A program made the position numbers and the translations under genes. The notes below the pieces were generated by a model. It saw nothing but the letters and a program-made list of their open reading frames with translations. It ran no database searches and was not told the DNA's origin. Shown here one piece after another: positions 6,946 to 16,581 of a stretch of 37,962 nucleotides of DNA. The DNA comes from a virus (lineage: Duplodnaviria > Caudoviricetes): IMG/VR virus record IMGVR_UViG_3300022407_003348, positions 1 through 37,962 of that record; one strand, written 5' to 3'. Every line of letters starts with the position of its first letter. Within the stretch, counting starts at the first letter, position 1.

Positions 6946-7604
6946 GGAAGATCAGCCCAGCGCTGGTCAAGGCCATCAACGCAATCGAGGGGGTTAAGAA
7001 GGGTGCGGATAACCCGTTCTTCAAATCCAAGTACGCCAACCTCGAAAGCGTCATTGAGGCGGCGCACGGTGCGCTGGAGGCTAACGGGCTGGCCGTGATG
7101 CAAGGGCCTGGTCCAATGGACGGCAACTGCATCACCCTGACCACGCGCCTCATCCATGAGAGCGGCGAGTGGGTGGAGACTGACTTCTCCCTTCCCGCTG
7201 GCAAGATGGACCCGCAAGCCGCAGGGTCGGCAATCACCTATGCCCGCCGCTACTCGCTCATGGCCATGCTGAATATGCCCGCCGTGGATGATGACGGGGA
7301 AGCGTCGATGCCGCGCACAACGAAGCCCGGCGAGCCTAAGAACCCCAACGTCAGCGTTCATCCCGAAGGACCCGACTGGTACAAGACGGAGGGCGCGGGA
7401 ATGTCCGCAGCCAAGGCCAAGGCCGAAGGGCTAGGCGAGTTGGTCAATCAGTGGCTAGGCGATCTGGAAACCATCCCGACCGTTTCTGAGCTGCGCGATT
7501 GGGCAGACCTGAACGGCGACACTATCCGCACCATGCCGAAGGGCTGGCGCATTGAAGTCCGCGAGGCATTCGACCGGCGCGGACGTGAACTAGGAGCGAT
7601 GTAA
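6924..7604 (+). CDS. erf: ERF-family single-strand annealing protein
   Basis: NPFFKSKYANL...PQAAGSAITYARRYSL...DDDG. Confidence 0.92.
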   Translation: MRSSDTLGKISPALVKAINAIEGVKKGADNPFFKSKYANLESVIEAAHGALEANGLAVMQGPGPMDGNCITLTTRLIHESGEWVETDFSLPAGKMDPQAAGSAITYARRYSLMAMLNMPAVDDDGEASMPRTTKPGEPKNPNVSVHPEGPDWYKTEGAGMSAAKAKAEGLGELVNQWLGDLETIPTVSELRDWADLNGDTIRTMPKGWRIEVREAFDRRGRELGAM

Positions 7605-7870
7605 TGGCGTATGAGCAGAAACCCGGAGACATTGCCGTCTTCAAGGAAAAGGACAAGCGGAACGACCGTGCGCCTGATTGGCGTGGGAATCTGATAGTCC
7701 CCGAAGGCGCGAAGTCCGGCGACAAGCTGGAGGTGGCGTTCTGGGCGAAAGGCGACAGCGGCACCATGCTAGCCGGGTCGGTGAAGTTCCCGACGCAGCG
7801 CGACGCTGGCCCTGCCCGTGAAGCCCAGCCGCAACGTGGTGCGTCGTTTGACGACGATATTCCGTTTTGA
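7604..7870 (+). CDS. Putative ssDNA-binding protein
   Basis: Follows ERF; acidic C-terminal FDDDIPF. Confidence 0.7.
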   Translation: MAYEQKPGDIAVFKEKDKRNDRAPDWRGNLIVPEGAKSGDKLEVAFWAKGDSGTMLAGSVKFPTQRDAGPAREAQPQRGASFDDDIPF

Positions 7871-8262
7871 GTGACCGAGCCGTCATCACCCTGCGTTCGC
7901 AAACTGACCGAGACAAGGCCAGCAAGTGGGCGCAGGGCGTCCCTCTAGGCAGCAAGATTGTCTATCATGGCCCACAACGCAGCATCGACCAGAACAGCGC
8001 GCTATGGGCCGCTCTCGGGGACATTGCCCGACAGAGAGATTATCACGGCCTCAAGCTCACGCCTGACGACTGGAAAATCCTGTTTCTGGACGCCCTGGAC
8101 CGTGAGACAAGAATGGTCCCTAACCTCGACGGGACGGGCATGGTCGGAATAGGCCGGTCTTCGTCCAGCCTGAGCGTTGAGGAGTTTACCGGCTTGCTCA
8201 GTTTGGTTTACGAATGGGGCAACCGTAATGGCATTGTGTGGAGCGACAAGCCCGATGAGTGA
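7867..8262 (+). CDS. ninB: NinB/Orf family recombination protein
   Basis: RSIDQNSALWAAL.DIA...DDWK.LF...G.SSS.LS..EF. Confidence 0.88.
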   Translation: MSDRAVITLRSQTDRDKASKWAQGVPLGSKIVYHGPQRSIDQNSALWAALGDIARQRDYHGLKLTPDDWKILFLDALDRETRMVPNLDGTGMVGIGRSSSSLSVEEFTGLLSLVYEWGNRNGIVWSDKPDE

Positions 8263-8428
8263 CCCGCTTTATGCCGTCCGCTCATACGCCTGCGAGAAAA
8301 GCCGTGCAGCCCGCGACAAATGGCTAGCCTTCCGCGAAAGCCAGCGTATGCCCGTCCACCAAATCAGCGGTAAGCATGATGACCCGCCCGGCGCGTTCAT
8401 GCGGCAGTTTGAGAAGGCTCGCAAATGA
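8255..8428 (+). CDS. Hypothetical protein
   Basis: Operon packing. Confidence 0.5.
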   Translation: MSDPLYAVRSYACEKSRAARDKWLAFRESQRMPVHQISGKHDDPPGAFMRQFEKARK

Positions 8429-8622
8429 CCGACCATTGGCACACCGAGCTAATGCAGGACGGCGACCGCTGGAGCTTCACGCTTACGCAGAATGGCGTCT
8501 TACACACGCGCATGGCCAACTACAAAAGCCGGAAAGCCGCGCTCAAGGCCGCTGACTGGCACCGAGCGCCTATGAGCGAGCGCCCGTCGATTGCGGATGA
8601 GCTTGCAGCGTTGGGCTTGTGA
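8425..8622 (+). CDS. Hypothetical protein
   Basis: ATGA coupling. Confidence 0.55.
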   Translation: MTDHWHTELMQDGDRWSFTLTQNGVLHTRMANYKSRKAALKAADWHRAPMSERPSIADELAALGL

Positions 8623-8740
8623 CGGGAAAAAAGAAAACACGCAAAAAACGCTCAAAGGGTATTGCGTAACATCTGCCTATGTGGGACAAGGGTTCATCGG
8701 CGCAGGGCAATCAAGCACTAGCCGGAACGGAAACAGACAG

Positions 8741-9103
8741 ATGGTCCCGCACAACTACCTCAACGCCAGCGAAAACATCGCCCAATACCAGGCTGACCAG
8801 ATCGACCGCCAAGAGGTAACCGTCGATTGGTATCTCGACCACATGATCGACGCCTGCGTGTTCCGCTGGACCAGCGACGAAGACGCCGGGATGGGTCTGG
8901 ACCCGTGGCGGTTCTACATGGACCTCCCGATTGAGCCGGAGGACGTTGCCGCGCGAGGCTGGCGGTTGTTCGTTCAGCGCAAGGATATGCCCGCCGAACT
9001 CCAAACCGAGAAGCACGTTCCGTTCCCGCCCTTTGTTTGGCCGGACACTTGCTCGGAGGCCAAACTGCAAGACGCGGCAGACCAACGCTGGAATAGCCAG
9101 TGA
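8741..9103 (+). CDS. Hypothetical protein
   Basis: Start after an A-rich intergenic gap. Confidence 0.65.
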   Translation: MVPHNYLNASENIAQYQADQIDRQEVTVDWYLDHMIDACVFRWTSDEDAGMGLDPWRFYMDLPIEPEDVAARGWRLFVQRKDMPAELQTEKHVPFPPFVWPDTCSEAKLQDAADQRWNSQ

Positions 9104-9270
9104 CCCCCGCTGAATACCGCGCCGCCCTCTCAACCCTCGGCCTGTCGCAACAAGCGGCGGGCCGTTGGCTAATGGTAAGCCCCAAGACCGCACAGAACTA
9201 CGCCACCAAAGGCCCTAGCGGTCCAGCTCAACGCGCTATCCTGATGGCCCTCAAGCACGGAATGGAATAA
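9100..9270 (+). CDS. Small XRE-like HTH protein (56 aa)
   Basis: Manual translation MTPAEYRAALSTLGLSQQAAGRWLMVSPKTAQNYAT...; coupled at both ends. Confidence 0.8.
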   Translation: MTPAEYRAALSTLGLSQQAAGRWLMVSPKTAQNYATKGPSGPAQRAILMALKHGME

Positions 9271-9620
9271 TGCTGGAAACCTATCGTCACCCCGACGCCA
9301 TGAACGGCGGTCAGCCGATTAAGGTATATTGCAACTTTGGCGCGCTGTATCTGACCATCACGGAGGAGTTCGTGGACGCGCTGATCGACTTTCGCCGTAA
9401 GGCCGCTGGCGAGGTCGCTTATTGGGCTGCAAACCGTGACCTGGGCCGCTTTGCCAAAGACGAACAAAAGCGAGCGACGCGCGAGGAAAAAGCCGCGACC
9501 ATATGGCTTAAGCACTTTACGGAAGTGGGCAAAAAGCAGCCGCTCCGCACGTTTCCCGCCGAGATGAGCGATGAGCTAGACGCGGCATTGCGGGCGGGCT
9601 TGAAAGCCCTCGACAGCTAA
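9270..9620 (+). CDS. Hypothetical protein
   Basis: TAATG coupling. Confidence 0.65.
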   Translation: MLETYRHPDAMNGGQPIKVYCNFGALYLTITEEFVDALIDFRRKAAGEVAYWAANRDLGRFAKDEQKRATREEKAATIWLKHFTEVGKKQPLRTFPAEMSDELDAALRAGLKALDS

Positions 9621-9628
9621 GGCATAAT
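9600..9628 (+). promoter_or_regulatory. Promoter upstream of terminase genes
   Basis: TTGAAA-N17-CATAAT. Confidence 0.6.
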
Positions 9629-9693
9629 CTCAACCGCTCTATGTACGGCGCTTCGGCAATGGCTAGACGCACAGAACTAAAATAGATGGTGAA

Positions 9694-9975
9694 ATGTTGT
9701 CTGGCTTCCGACCATCGTTGCCCGGTGAGCGTCGCGGCGGTCGCCAGAAAGGCACGCCTAACAAAAGCACGGCGCTCCTGAAGGACGCTATCCTGCTTGC
9801 TGCTCAGAAGGCTGGCGGTGGGACGGACACAGGGTTGGTGGATTACCTGACCGTACAGGCCAGCGAGAACCCCGGCCCGTTCATGTCGCTGCTTGGCAAG
9901 GTTCTGCCGATGCAGCTTGCGGGTGACCCTGATGCGCCAATCTCGATCAGTGTCTCTTGGCTGAAACCCGAGTAA
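9694..9975 (+). CDS. terS: Terminase small subunit
   Basis: GGRQKGTPNK...PGPFMSLLGKVLP; directly before TerL. Confidence 0.8.
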   Translation: MLSGFRPSLPGERRGGRQKGTPNKSTALLKDAILLAAQKAGGGTDTGLVDYLTVQASENPGPFMSLLGKVLPMQLAGDPDAPISISVSWLKPE

Positions 9976-11276
9976 TCCCCTACGCCCCTCGCCGGGTGTT
10001 CATGCCGTTCCATAACCGGACGCAACGCTTTGCAATCGGGGTGGCTCACCGGCGCTGCGGGAAGACCGTGGCCTGCATCAACGACAAGATCAAACGCGCC
10101 ATTGAGAGCGACAAGCCTCACTATCGAGCGGCCTATCTCGCGCCGTACCTGAAGCAAGCCAAAGACGTGGCATGGGAGTATCTGAAGCGGTACAGCCAGC
10201 CGGTATGGGCCAAGCCTCCGAATGAGTCGGAGCTGTATGTCGAGCTGATCGGCGGCAAGCGCATCAAGATTTACGGCGCTGACAACCCGGACGCTCTGCG
10301 CGGTGGCTATCTGGACGACGCCACGCTTGACGAGTACGCCGACATGTACCCCGGCATCTTCGGTTCGATCATCCGCCCCATGCTGGCAGACCGGCAAGGT
10401 ACGGCGACGTTCATCGGGACGCCGAAGGGTCGCAACGCGTTCTTTGATCTGTTTGAGCGGGCGAAGACGGACCCGGATTGGTTTCCGTTCTTCCTGCCTG
10501 CCTCAGAGACGCTCATCCTGCCGCAAAGCGAGCTGATAGCCGCAGCCAGGGAGATGACGCCGGAGCAGTATGAACAGGAGTTTGAATGCTCGTTTGAGGC
10601 CGCAATCATCGGTGCTTACTACGGTAAGGACATGGCCGAGAGCGAGCGGGCTGGGCGCATCACCGACGTGCCGCATGATGCAAGCCTGCCGGTCTATACG
10701 ACGTGGGACTTGGGCATAGGGGACAGCACGGCCATCTGGTTCTGGCAGGCTCACGGGCCTGAGATACGGGTAATCGACTTCTACGAGGCCAGCGGCGAGA
10801 GCATTGAGCACTATGCCAAGGTCTTGCAGGCCAAGCCGTACCGCTATGAGGCCGATTGGGTTCCGCATGACGCGAGGGTCAGGGAACTAGGCACGGGCAG
10901 GACGCGGATTGAGACGATGGTGGGGCTGAAGCTCAAGCCCAAGCTGGTGCCTAACCATAAGATACTGGACGGCATCAACGCAGGCCGGGTCTTGTTCCCG
11001 CGCATCTGGTTTGATCGTGACAAGTGCAAGGCGGGGCTGGAGTGCCTGCGCCAGTATCGGGCGGACTACGATGAGAAGGCAAGGGTCTTCCGTGACGGGC
11101 CTAAGCACGATTGGACCAGCCACGCTGCCGATGCGTTCCGGTATCTCGCTATGGCCTATCGGGAGATCAAGCCGGAAGCCAAGGCGGTTGAGCAGCCAAT
11201 CAGAGGCATCCGTGATATGACGTGGGACGATCTGCTGGCTAATCAGCCGGTGGCTGTGCCGTATGAGAGGGCTTGA
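9957..11276 (+). CDS. terL: Terminase large subunit
   Basis: Walker A HRRCGKT, Walker B LDEYA, GTPKG, nuclease WDLG..D and SHAADAFRY. Confidence 0.95.
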   Translation: MAETRVIPYAPRRVFMPFHNRTQRFAIGVAHRRCGKTVACINDKIKRAIESDKPHYRAAYLAPYLKQAKDVAWEYLKRYSQPVWAKPPNESELYVELIGGKRIKIYGADNPDALRGGYLDDATLDEYADMYPGIFGSIIRPMLADRQGTATFIGTPKGRNAFFDLFERAKTDPDWFPFFLPASETLILPQSELIAAAREMTPEQYEQEFECSFEAAIIGAYYGKDMAESERAGRITDVPHDASLPVYTTWDLGIGDSTAIWFWQAHGPEIRVIDFYEASGESIEHYAKVLQAKPYRYEADWVPHDARVRELGTGRTRIETMVGLKLKPKLVPNHKILDGINAGRVLFPRIWFDRDKCKAGLECLRQYRADYDEKARVFRDGPKHDWTSHAADAFRYLAMAYREIKPEAKAVEQPIRGIRDMTWDDLLANQPVAVPYERA

Positions 11277-11464
11277 TGCATTGGGATGAACCCTTGATGG
11301 CCGGAACCCGCGTGGTTATCCGGTCGCGTCCAAAGACGGGGCAAGGCTGCGTCGTGTCTGACATCGCTTTCCTTCAACCAACTACGCCCGTCCGCGTTTT
11401 GCTGGACGATGGGCGCAAAGAGTGGTTTTCGGGAATGGACCTGCTGGCAGAGCCAAGCGCATAG
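11276..11464 (+). CDS. Small hypothetical protein
   Basis: TGATG coupling. Confidence 0.55.
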   Translation: MHWDEPLMAGTRVVIRSRPKTGQGCVVSDIAFLQPTTPVRVLLDDGRKEWFSGMDLLAEPSA

Positions 11465-11472
11465 ACGTTCTA

Positions 11473-11501
11473 TCGACAAGCGGAACCGCGCACGATACAT
11501 T
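11473..11501 (+). promoter_or_regulatory. Promoter upstream of portal
   Basis: TCGACA-N17-TACATT. Confidence 0.5.
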
Positions 11502-11524
11502 CCCCATAACGCTTGCGAGGGGCC

Positions 11525-13660
11525 ATGCTTCCCACCGAACCCGACAATCAAGAAGCCGTCAACCTCGTCACCAAGTGGATTGACGAGATTAACGTCGCTG
11601 AGCAAGAGCTTCAGCCGTGGTGGAAGGCTGGCGACATCATCATTCGCCGGTTCAAGAATGAGAACCGCAACCGGGCAGGCGGGCGTCCCTCGATAGCTGA
11701 GAACCGCAGGCGTTTTGCCGTGCTGTGGTCCAATGTGCAGACGCTTCAGCCTGCCATCTACGCCAAGCAGCCGGTGCCGATGGTGTCGCGCCGGTATCGT
11801 GACGAAGACCCTGTAGGCAAGGTGGCGTCGGACGTGCTGGAGCGGGCGCTAGGCTATAGCCTCGATCAGTACGACTTCGATGGACGGGTGAAGCTGTGCG
11901 TTCTGGACTATCTGCTGCCGGGCAGGGGCCAGGTGTGGGTCCGCTACATCCCGCATATGCGCAAGGTCAATGCGGAGGACGATCCGGAACTTGGCGAGGG
12001 TGAAGAGGACGCGGACGGCGTTGACGCCAAGGTAGCGGCGTCGGAGGCCGAGGGCCTCGGGCCGGATGATACCCCGATGCACGAAGCGACTGAGGAAGTC
12101 GTGTACGAAGAGGTCCAGTGTGACCATGTTGCGTGGAAGGACTGGCTGACCAATCCAAGCCGTGAGTGGTCAGAAGTCCGGTGGGTTGGGCGGCGCGTCT
12201 ATATGACGAAGGCCGAGCTTACCGAGCGATTCGGTGCTGAGAAGGCCAAGCAAGTCCCGCTGACCACGACGGTTACGGGTGCGGGCAACGATCAGGCCGA
12301 GGACGCACAGCGCCGTGCCAATCACACGGGCGAGGTCTATGAGATTTGGGACAAGCCCAGCAAGAAGGCCTATTGGCTGTGCAAGGGCTATACGGGCGGT
12401 GTGCTTGATGAGCGTGAAGACCCGCTAGGGCTTAAGGGCTTCTTCCCCTGCCCAGCCCCGCTCAACGCCACCACGGCCAATGACAGCACGATTCCGGTTG
12501 CGGATTACGTGATGTACCAGGATCAGGCCGAGGAGCTTGACGACCTGACGGCCCGCATTGGCAAGCTGCAAGAAGCCTTGCGGATGGTGGGCGTGTACGC
12601 TGGCGAGGCGAACCGCGAGCTTCAGTTGGTGTTCTCGCCGGGCAATGAGAACAAGCTCATTCCCATCGACACATACGACATCTGGAAAGAGAAGGGCGGC
12701 GTTCGCGGCCTAATCGACTGGGTGCCGATTGATATGGTTATCGAGGTGCTGCGTGGGTGCTTTGAGACGCGCGCGCAAATCCTCAACGACATTTACCAGA
12801 TCACCGGCCTGTCAGACATCATTCGGGGTGAGTCGAACCCCAACGAGACGGCGACAGCTCAACGGCTGAAGGGCCAGTGGGGAAGCCTGCGTGTTCGTGA
12901 CCGGCAGCGTGATTTGCAGCGGTTCTGCCGTGACGCCATCCGGCTGAAGGCTGAGGTCATTGCCGAGCATTTCAGCGTTGAGACGCTCAAGGTCATGACG
13001 AACGTGAAGCTGCTTACGGCGGCTGAAAAGGCTCAGATTGAGCAGATCATGCCGATGATTGAGCAGGCCAAACAAGCGGGTATGCCTATTCCGCCCGGTA
13101 TCGAGCCTGCGCCGGAGATGCTGGAGCTGATGCAAGAGCCGACGTGGGACGACGTGATGGCCTTGCTCAAGAACGACGCGCTGCGCTCGTTCCGTATCGA
13201 CGTGGAGACGGACAGCACGGTCGAGCCTGACGAGAACGCAGCGAAGATGGCGTTTACCGAGTTCACCACGGCGACGGTGGGTCTCTTGCAGGCTGCGGCG
13301 GGGATTGTCCCGACTGCCCCATACACGGCTCCGCTGTTCGCTGAGATTCTGAAGCAAGGCGCGCGGACGTTCAACGTCAGCCGGTCGATGGAAGACGTGA
13401 TTGATAAGGTGTTTGAGACTGCCGGAGAGCAGCCCCCCGCACCGCCTCCGGGTCCGCCGCCGCCTCCCCCGCCTGATGAAAGCGCAATCGCCGTTGAGCA
13501 GATGAAGTCGCAAACGGCTCAGATGCAGGCTCAGATCGAGCAAGAGCGAACGCAGATGGAAGGCCAGCTTGGCGCGGCTGAAATCCGACTGAAGGGCCAA
13601 GAGCTTCAGGTGAAGGCTGCGGCCCTCGCCCGTGACCCGACCCCACAAGGGAGCGCGTAA
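11525..13660 (+). CDS. Portal protein (P22-like, coiled-coil C-terminus)
   Basis: ~710 aa after TerL; ITGLSDIIRG...ETATAQ motif; Gln-rich helical tail; SD GAGGGG. Confidence 0.88.
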   Translation: MLPTEPDNQEAVNLVTKWIDEINVAEQELQPWWKAGDIIIRRFKNENRNRAGGRPSIAENRRRFAVLWSNVQTLQPAIYAKQPVPMVSRRYRDEDPVGKVASDVLERALGYSLDQYDFDGRVKLCVLDYLLPGRGQVWVRYIPHMRKVNAEDDPELGEGEEDADGVDAKVAASEAEGLGPDDTPMHEATEEVVYEEVQCDHVAWKDWLTNPSREWSEVRWVGRRVYMTKAELTERFGAEKAKQVPLTTTVTGAGNDQAEDAQRRANHTGEVYEIWDKPSKKAYWLCKGYTGGVLDEREDPLGLKGFFPCPAPLNATTANDSTIPVADYVMYQDQAEELDDLTARIGKLQEALRMVGVYAGEANRELQLVFSPGNENKLIPIDTYDIWKEKGGVRGLIDWVPIDMVIEVLRGCFETRAQILNDIYQITGLSDIIRGESNPNETATAQRLKGQWGSLRVRDRQRDLQRFCRDAIRLKAEVIAEHFSVETLKVMTNVKLLTAAEKAQIEQIMPMIEQAKQAGMPIPPGIEPAPEMLELMQEPTWDDVMALLKNDALRSFRIDVETDSTVEPDENAAKMAFTEFTTATVGLLQAAAGIVPTAPYTAPLFAEILKQGARTFNVSRSMEDVIDKVFETAGEQPPAPPPGPPPPPPPDESAIAVEQMKSQTAQMQAQIEQERTQMEGQLGAAEIRLKGQELQVKAAALARDPTPQGSA

Positions 13661-13929
13661 TGCCGACGCTTGAGAAGACGCAACAAGGCAAGAGACAGGC
13701 CAGCGCACGGGACTTGAGTCTGTTCCCAACGGCGTCGAACTACAACGAAGACCTGCTGCGTCTGTTCGATGCAGAGGGCGTTCCGGCTGGCACGTTCAAT
13801 GAGCGGCAACTGCGGTTCATCAACGGGCGCATGATTGCCAACTACACCAATCTCAATGAGGCCATGCAAGCCTTTGCGGACAGCAAGAGCTTTGACAACT
13901 GGTCCAGCCTTGGGACGCTCGACACTTGA
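13660..13929 (+). CDS. Hypothetical head-module protein
   Basis: TAATG coupling, SD AGGGAG. Confidence 0.65.
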   Translation: MPTLEKTQQGKRQASARDLSLFPTASNYNEDLLRLFDAEGVPAGTFNERQLRFINGRMIANYTNLNEAMQAFADSKSFDNWSSLGTLDT

Positions 13930-14255
13930 GCCGCGCAACCTATCGCAAATGCCAGTCCTGCGGGGACATTCATGAAGTGTCTGAATGGCCGAGGACGTGC
14001 CTAGAGCAGTTCCGGAAGAAGCGTTCCGATCTGCCGATGCCCGCTATTCGGTCGGACGGAATGGACCCGATTCTAAACCACGCCAACGGCCTGATGTACG
14101 ACAGCCGGTCTGCCTATGAGCGCGGCGTGAAGGATGCGGGCTGTGAGATTGTCGGCAATGAAAAGCTGACACCGAAGCCACGGGCGGTGCTGTCTGACCG
14201 TGAGCTTAAGCAAGACATCAAGACGGCTATTGATCAGGTGGAGGCCAGACTATGA
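13926..14255 (+). CDS. Small head-module protein with CxxC motif
   Basis: CQSCG; lies between portal and scaffold. Confidence 0.7.
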   Translation: MSRATYRKCQSCGDIHEVSEWPRTCLEQFRKKRSDLPMPAIRSDGMDPILNHANGLMYDSRSAYERGVKDAGCEIVGNEKLTPKPRAVLSDRELKQDIKTAIDQVEARL

Positions 14256-15274
14256 GCGACATGGAAGACGACATTCGGGCAGCGATGGCCGAGGTTAGCG
14301 GAACTGCGCCAGAACCCGCGCCTGTTGAAGAGGTAGTGGTTGCGCCGGAAGCGGTAATCGAGGCTGAAACGCCCCCTGCTGAGCCTGAAACGGCTTCGGA
14401 CGGACGTGAGCGCGGCCCTGACGGCAAGTTTATTGCCAAGCAGCCTGAAACGGTGCAAGATACTCCCGACCAGCCCTCGGAGGCAGTCGCGGACCCTGCT
14501 GTAAAGCTCGCCATCCGCGCCCCGGCTTCGTGGTCACCTGCGGCTAAGGCCACGTTCGACGCTCTGCCTCCAGAAGCCAAGCAAGCGATTGCGAAGCGGG
14601 AACAAGAGATCGACCACGGACTTCGGCGCAAGGCTGAGGAAGTGAAGCGGTACGAACCGTTGGAACAAATCATTGCCCCGCGCCGCGCTCTTTGGGCAGC
14701 TCAGGGGATGGATGAGGCTTCGGCAATCAAGACGCTGCTTGCAGCTCAGGACTTGCTGGAGCGTGACCCTAGGCAGGGTCTTGAGTTCCTGGCCCGTTCG
14801 TATGGCGTGAGTTTGAATACGGCCCAGCCGCAGGGACAGCCGCAACAGGCCCAGCCCGCACCGGACAGCCATCCAGAGATTGCGGCCCTTAAGCAGCAAC
14901 TCCAAGTCTTGCAAAGCCAAGTCCAGACGGCGCAGACCGCGCCTATCGTCAGCCAGATCGACGCCTTCCAGAACGACCCTGCCAACCTGTATTTCGAGAA
15001 CGTCCGCGATGATATGGCGGTCCTCTTGCATAACGGGAAGGCATCGGACCTGAAGGAAGCTTACGAGATGGCTTGCTGGATGAGGCCGGATATTCGCCCG
15101 TTCCTGCTTCCCTCGCAGGCCCCGGCGGCTCCAGTGCAGGACAAGGCGGCGCAAGCGCGACGGGCGGCTGTCAGCGTCACCGGGTCACCGGGTCAGTCCC
15201 GCATTCCCAAGTCCAACGGCACCATTGAGGACGATATTCGAGCGGCTTTTGAGGAAGTCGCCGGTTCGGCCTAG
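14252..15274 (+). CDS. Capsid scaffolding protein
   Basis: Acidic/Pro-rich N-term, RGPDGKF motif, helical core, precedes MCP. Confidence 0.8.
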   Translation: MSDMEDDIRAAMAEVSGTAPEPAPVEEVVVAPEAVIEAETPPAEPETASDGRERGPDGKFIAKQPETVQDTPDQPSEAVADPAVKLAIRAPASWSPAAKATFDALPPEAKQAIAKREQEIDHGLRRKAEEVKRYEPLEQIIAPRRALWAAQGMDEASAIKTLLAAQDLLERDPRQGLEFLARSYGVSLNTAQPQGQPQQAQPAPDSHPEIAALKQQLQVLQSQVQTAQTAPIVSQIDAFQNDPANLYFENVRDDMAVLLHNGKASDLKEAYEMACWMRPDIRPFLLPSQAPAAPVQDKAAQARRAAVSVTGSPGQSRIPKSNGTIEDDIRAAFEEVAGSA

Positions 15275-15284
15275 GAGAACATAA

Positions 15285-16256
15285 ATGGCATCCCCGAATG
15301 TCTCGGAAATCGCCACCACTACCCTGCGTAACCGCACGGGCAAGCTGGCGGACAACGTCACCAACAACAACGCGATTCTCTCGCGTATGCAGCGTCGTGG
15401 CACCATCAAGCCGGTGTCTGGCGGTCGCACCATCCTGCAAGAGCTGGAGTACGCTGAAAACGTCACTTACCAGCGGTATTCGGGCTATGAAGTCCTGAAC
15501 ATCTCGCCTAGCGACGTGTTCACGGCTGCTGAGTTCGACTGGAAGCAAATCGCCGTCAACGTGACCATGAGCGGTCTGGAGCAACTGCAAAACTCCGGCG
15601 TTGACGCAATCATCGACCTGCTGGCCTCGCGCATCAAGAACGCCGAGAAAACCATGCAGAACGGTGTGGCCGAAGACCTGTACTCGAACGGTACGGCTTC
15701 GGGCGGCAAGCAGATCGGTGGCCTTCAGCTTCTCGTTGCTGACGACCCCACCACCGGCACTGTTGGCGGCATCAACCGTGCAACGTGGTCCTTCTGGCAG
15801 AACCAGAAGTTCCAAGCGACCTCGGACGGCGGTTCGGCTGCTTCGGCGGCTAACATCGTGCGCTTCATGAATACCCTCTACCGCAACTGCTCGCGCGGCA
15901 CGGACAAGCCTGACCTGATCCTGTGCGACGACAACTACTTCGGCTTCTACGAGTCGGCGTTGCAGGACATCCAGCGCGTCACCAACCCCAACGAAGCGGA
16001 CGCGGGCTATGTTTCGCTGAAGTACAAGGGTACGGATGTGGTGTTCGATGGTGGTTACGGCGGGGCTTGCCCGGCCAATCACATGTACATGCTGAACACC
16101 GGCTACATCCACTGGCGCCCTCACAAGGACCGCAACATGGTGCCGCTGGAGGAAGTCCGCTCGATCAACCAGGACGCCATGGTCAAGCCCATCGTGTGGG
16201 CTGGCAACATGACGCTCTCCAACGCCTTCCTTCAGGGCGTCCTCTTCCAGTCCTAA
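15285..16256 (+). CDS. Major capsid protein
   Basis: 323 aa, strong SD AGGAG, biased codons, follows scaffold. Confidence 0.9.
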   Translation: MASPNVSEIATTTLRNRTGKLADNVTNNNAILSRMQRRGTIKPVSGGRTILQELEYAENVTYQRYSGYEVLNISPSDVFTAAEFDWKQIAVNVTMSGLEQLQNSGVDAIIDLLASRIKNAEKTMQNGVAEDLYSNGTASGGKQIGGLQLLVADDPTTGTVGGINRATWSFWQNQKFQATSDGGSAASAANIVRFMNTLYRNCSRGTDKPDLILCDDNYFGFYESALQDIQRVTNPNEADAGYVSLKYKGTDVVFDGGYGGACPANHMYMLNTGYIHWRPHKDRNMVPLEEVRSINQDAMVKPIVWAGNMTLSNAFLQGVLFQS

Positions 16257-16278
16257 GCCCCCGAAAGGAGCAACTGAC

Positions 16279-16566
16279 ATGGCATCGACTGCCGCTACGG
16301 TCTTCTCGACCACTCCGACTTCGGGCGTTGACCTCGACTCGAAGTCGTCCACCCCGGCCTTCGCCGTCAACACGCGAGTTTTCGCCAATGACGGACGCTC
16401 GCACCTGTATGTGCGGGCTTCGGAGGCTCTTTCCTCGACGCAGACCATCACCATCGGCACTGCCGGTTCGGCATCTTCGGATGCTGGCTCGGCGGGCTGG
16501 ACGGTCAACGTGACCGGAGGCGTCACGGCATCGCAATTCTTTTGGGCCAAGAAAACGGCCCTCTAA
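16279..16566 (+). CDS. Ser/Thr-rich capsid decoration/cement protein
   Basis: Follows MCP, strong SD, precedes terminator. Confidence 0.7.
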   Translation: MASTAATVFSTTPTSGVDLDSKSSTPAFAVNTRVFANDGRSHLYVRASEALSSTQTITIGTAGSASSDAGSAGWTVNVTGGVTASQFFWAKKTAL

Positions 16567-16581
16567 CGCCTGTCCCTACTC

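Noticed and set aside
13430-13475. CCG-rich repeat (also 27060-27190)
   Set aside because: Simply encodes Pro-rich linkers
15177-16550. Long antisense ORFs (also 27295-28776, 32038-33189, 19872-21005, 12812-13729)
   Set aside because: Shadows of GC-rich coding genes on the opposite strand; no motifs or RBS
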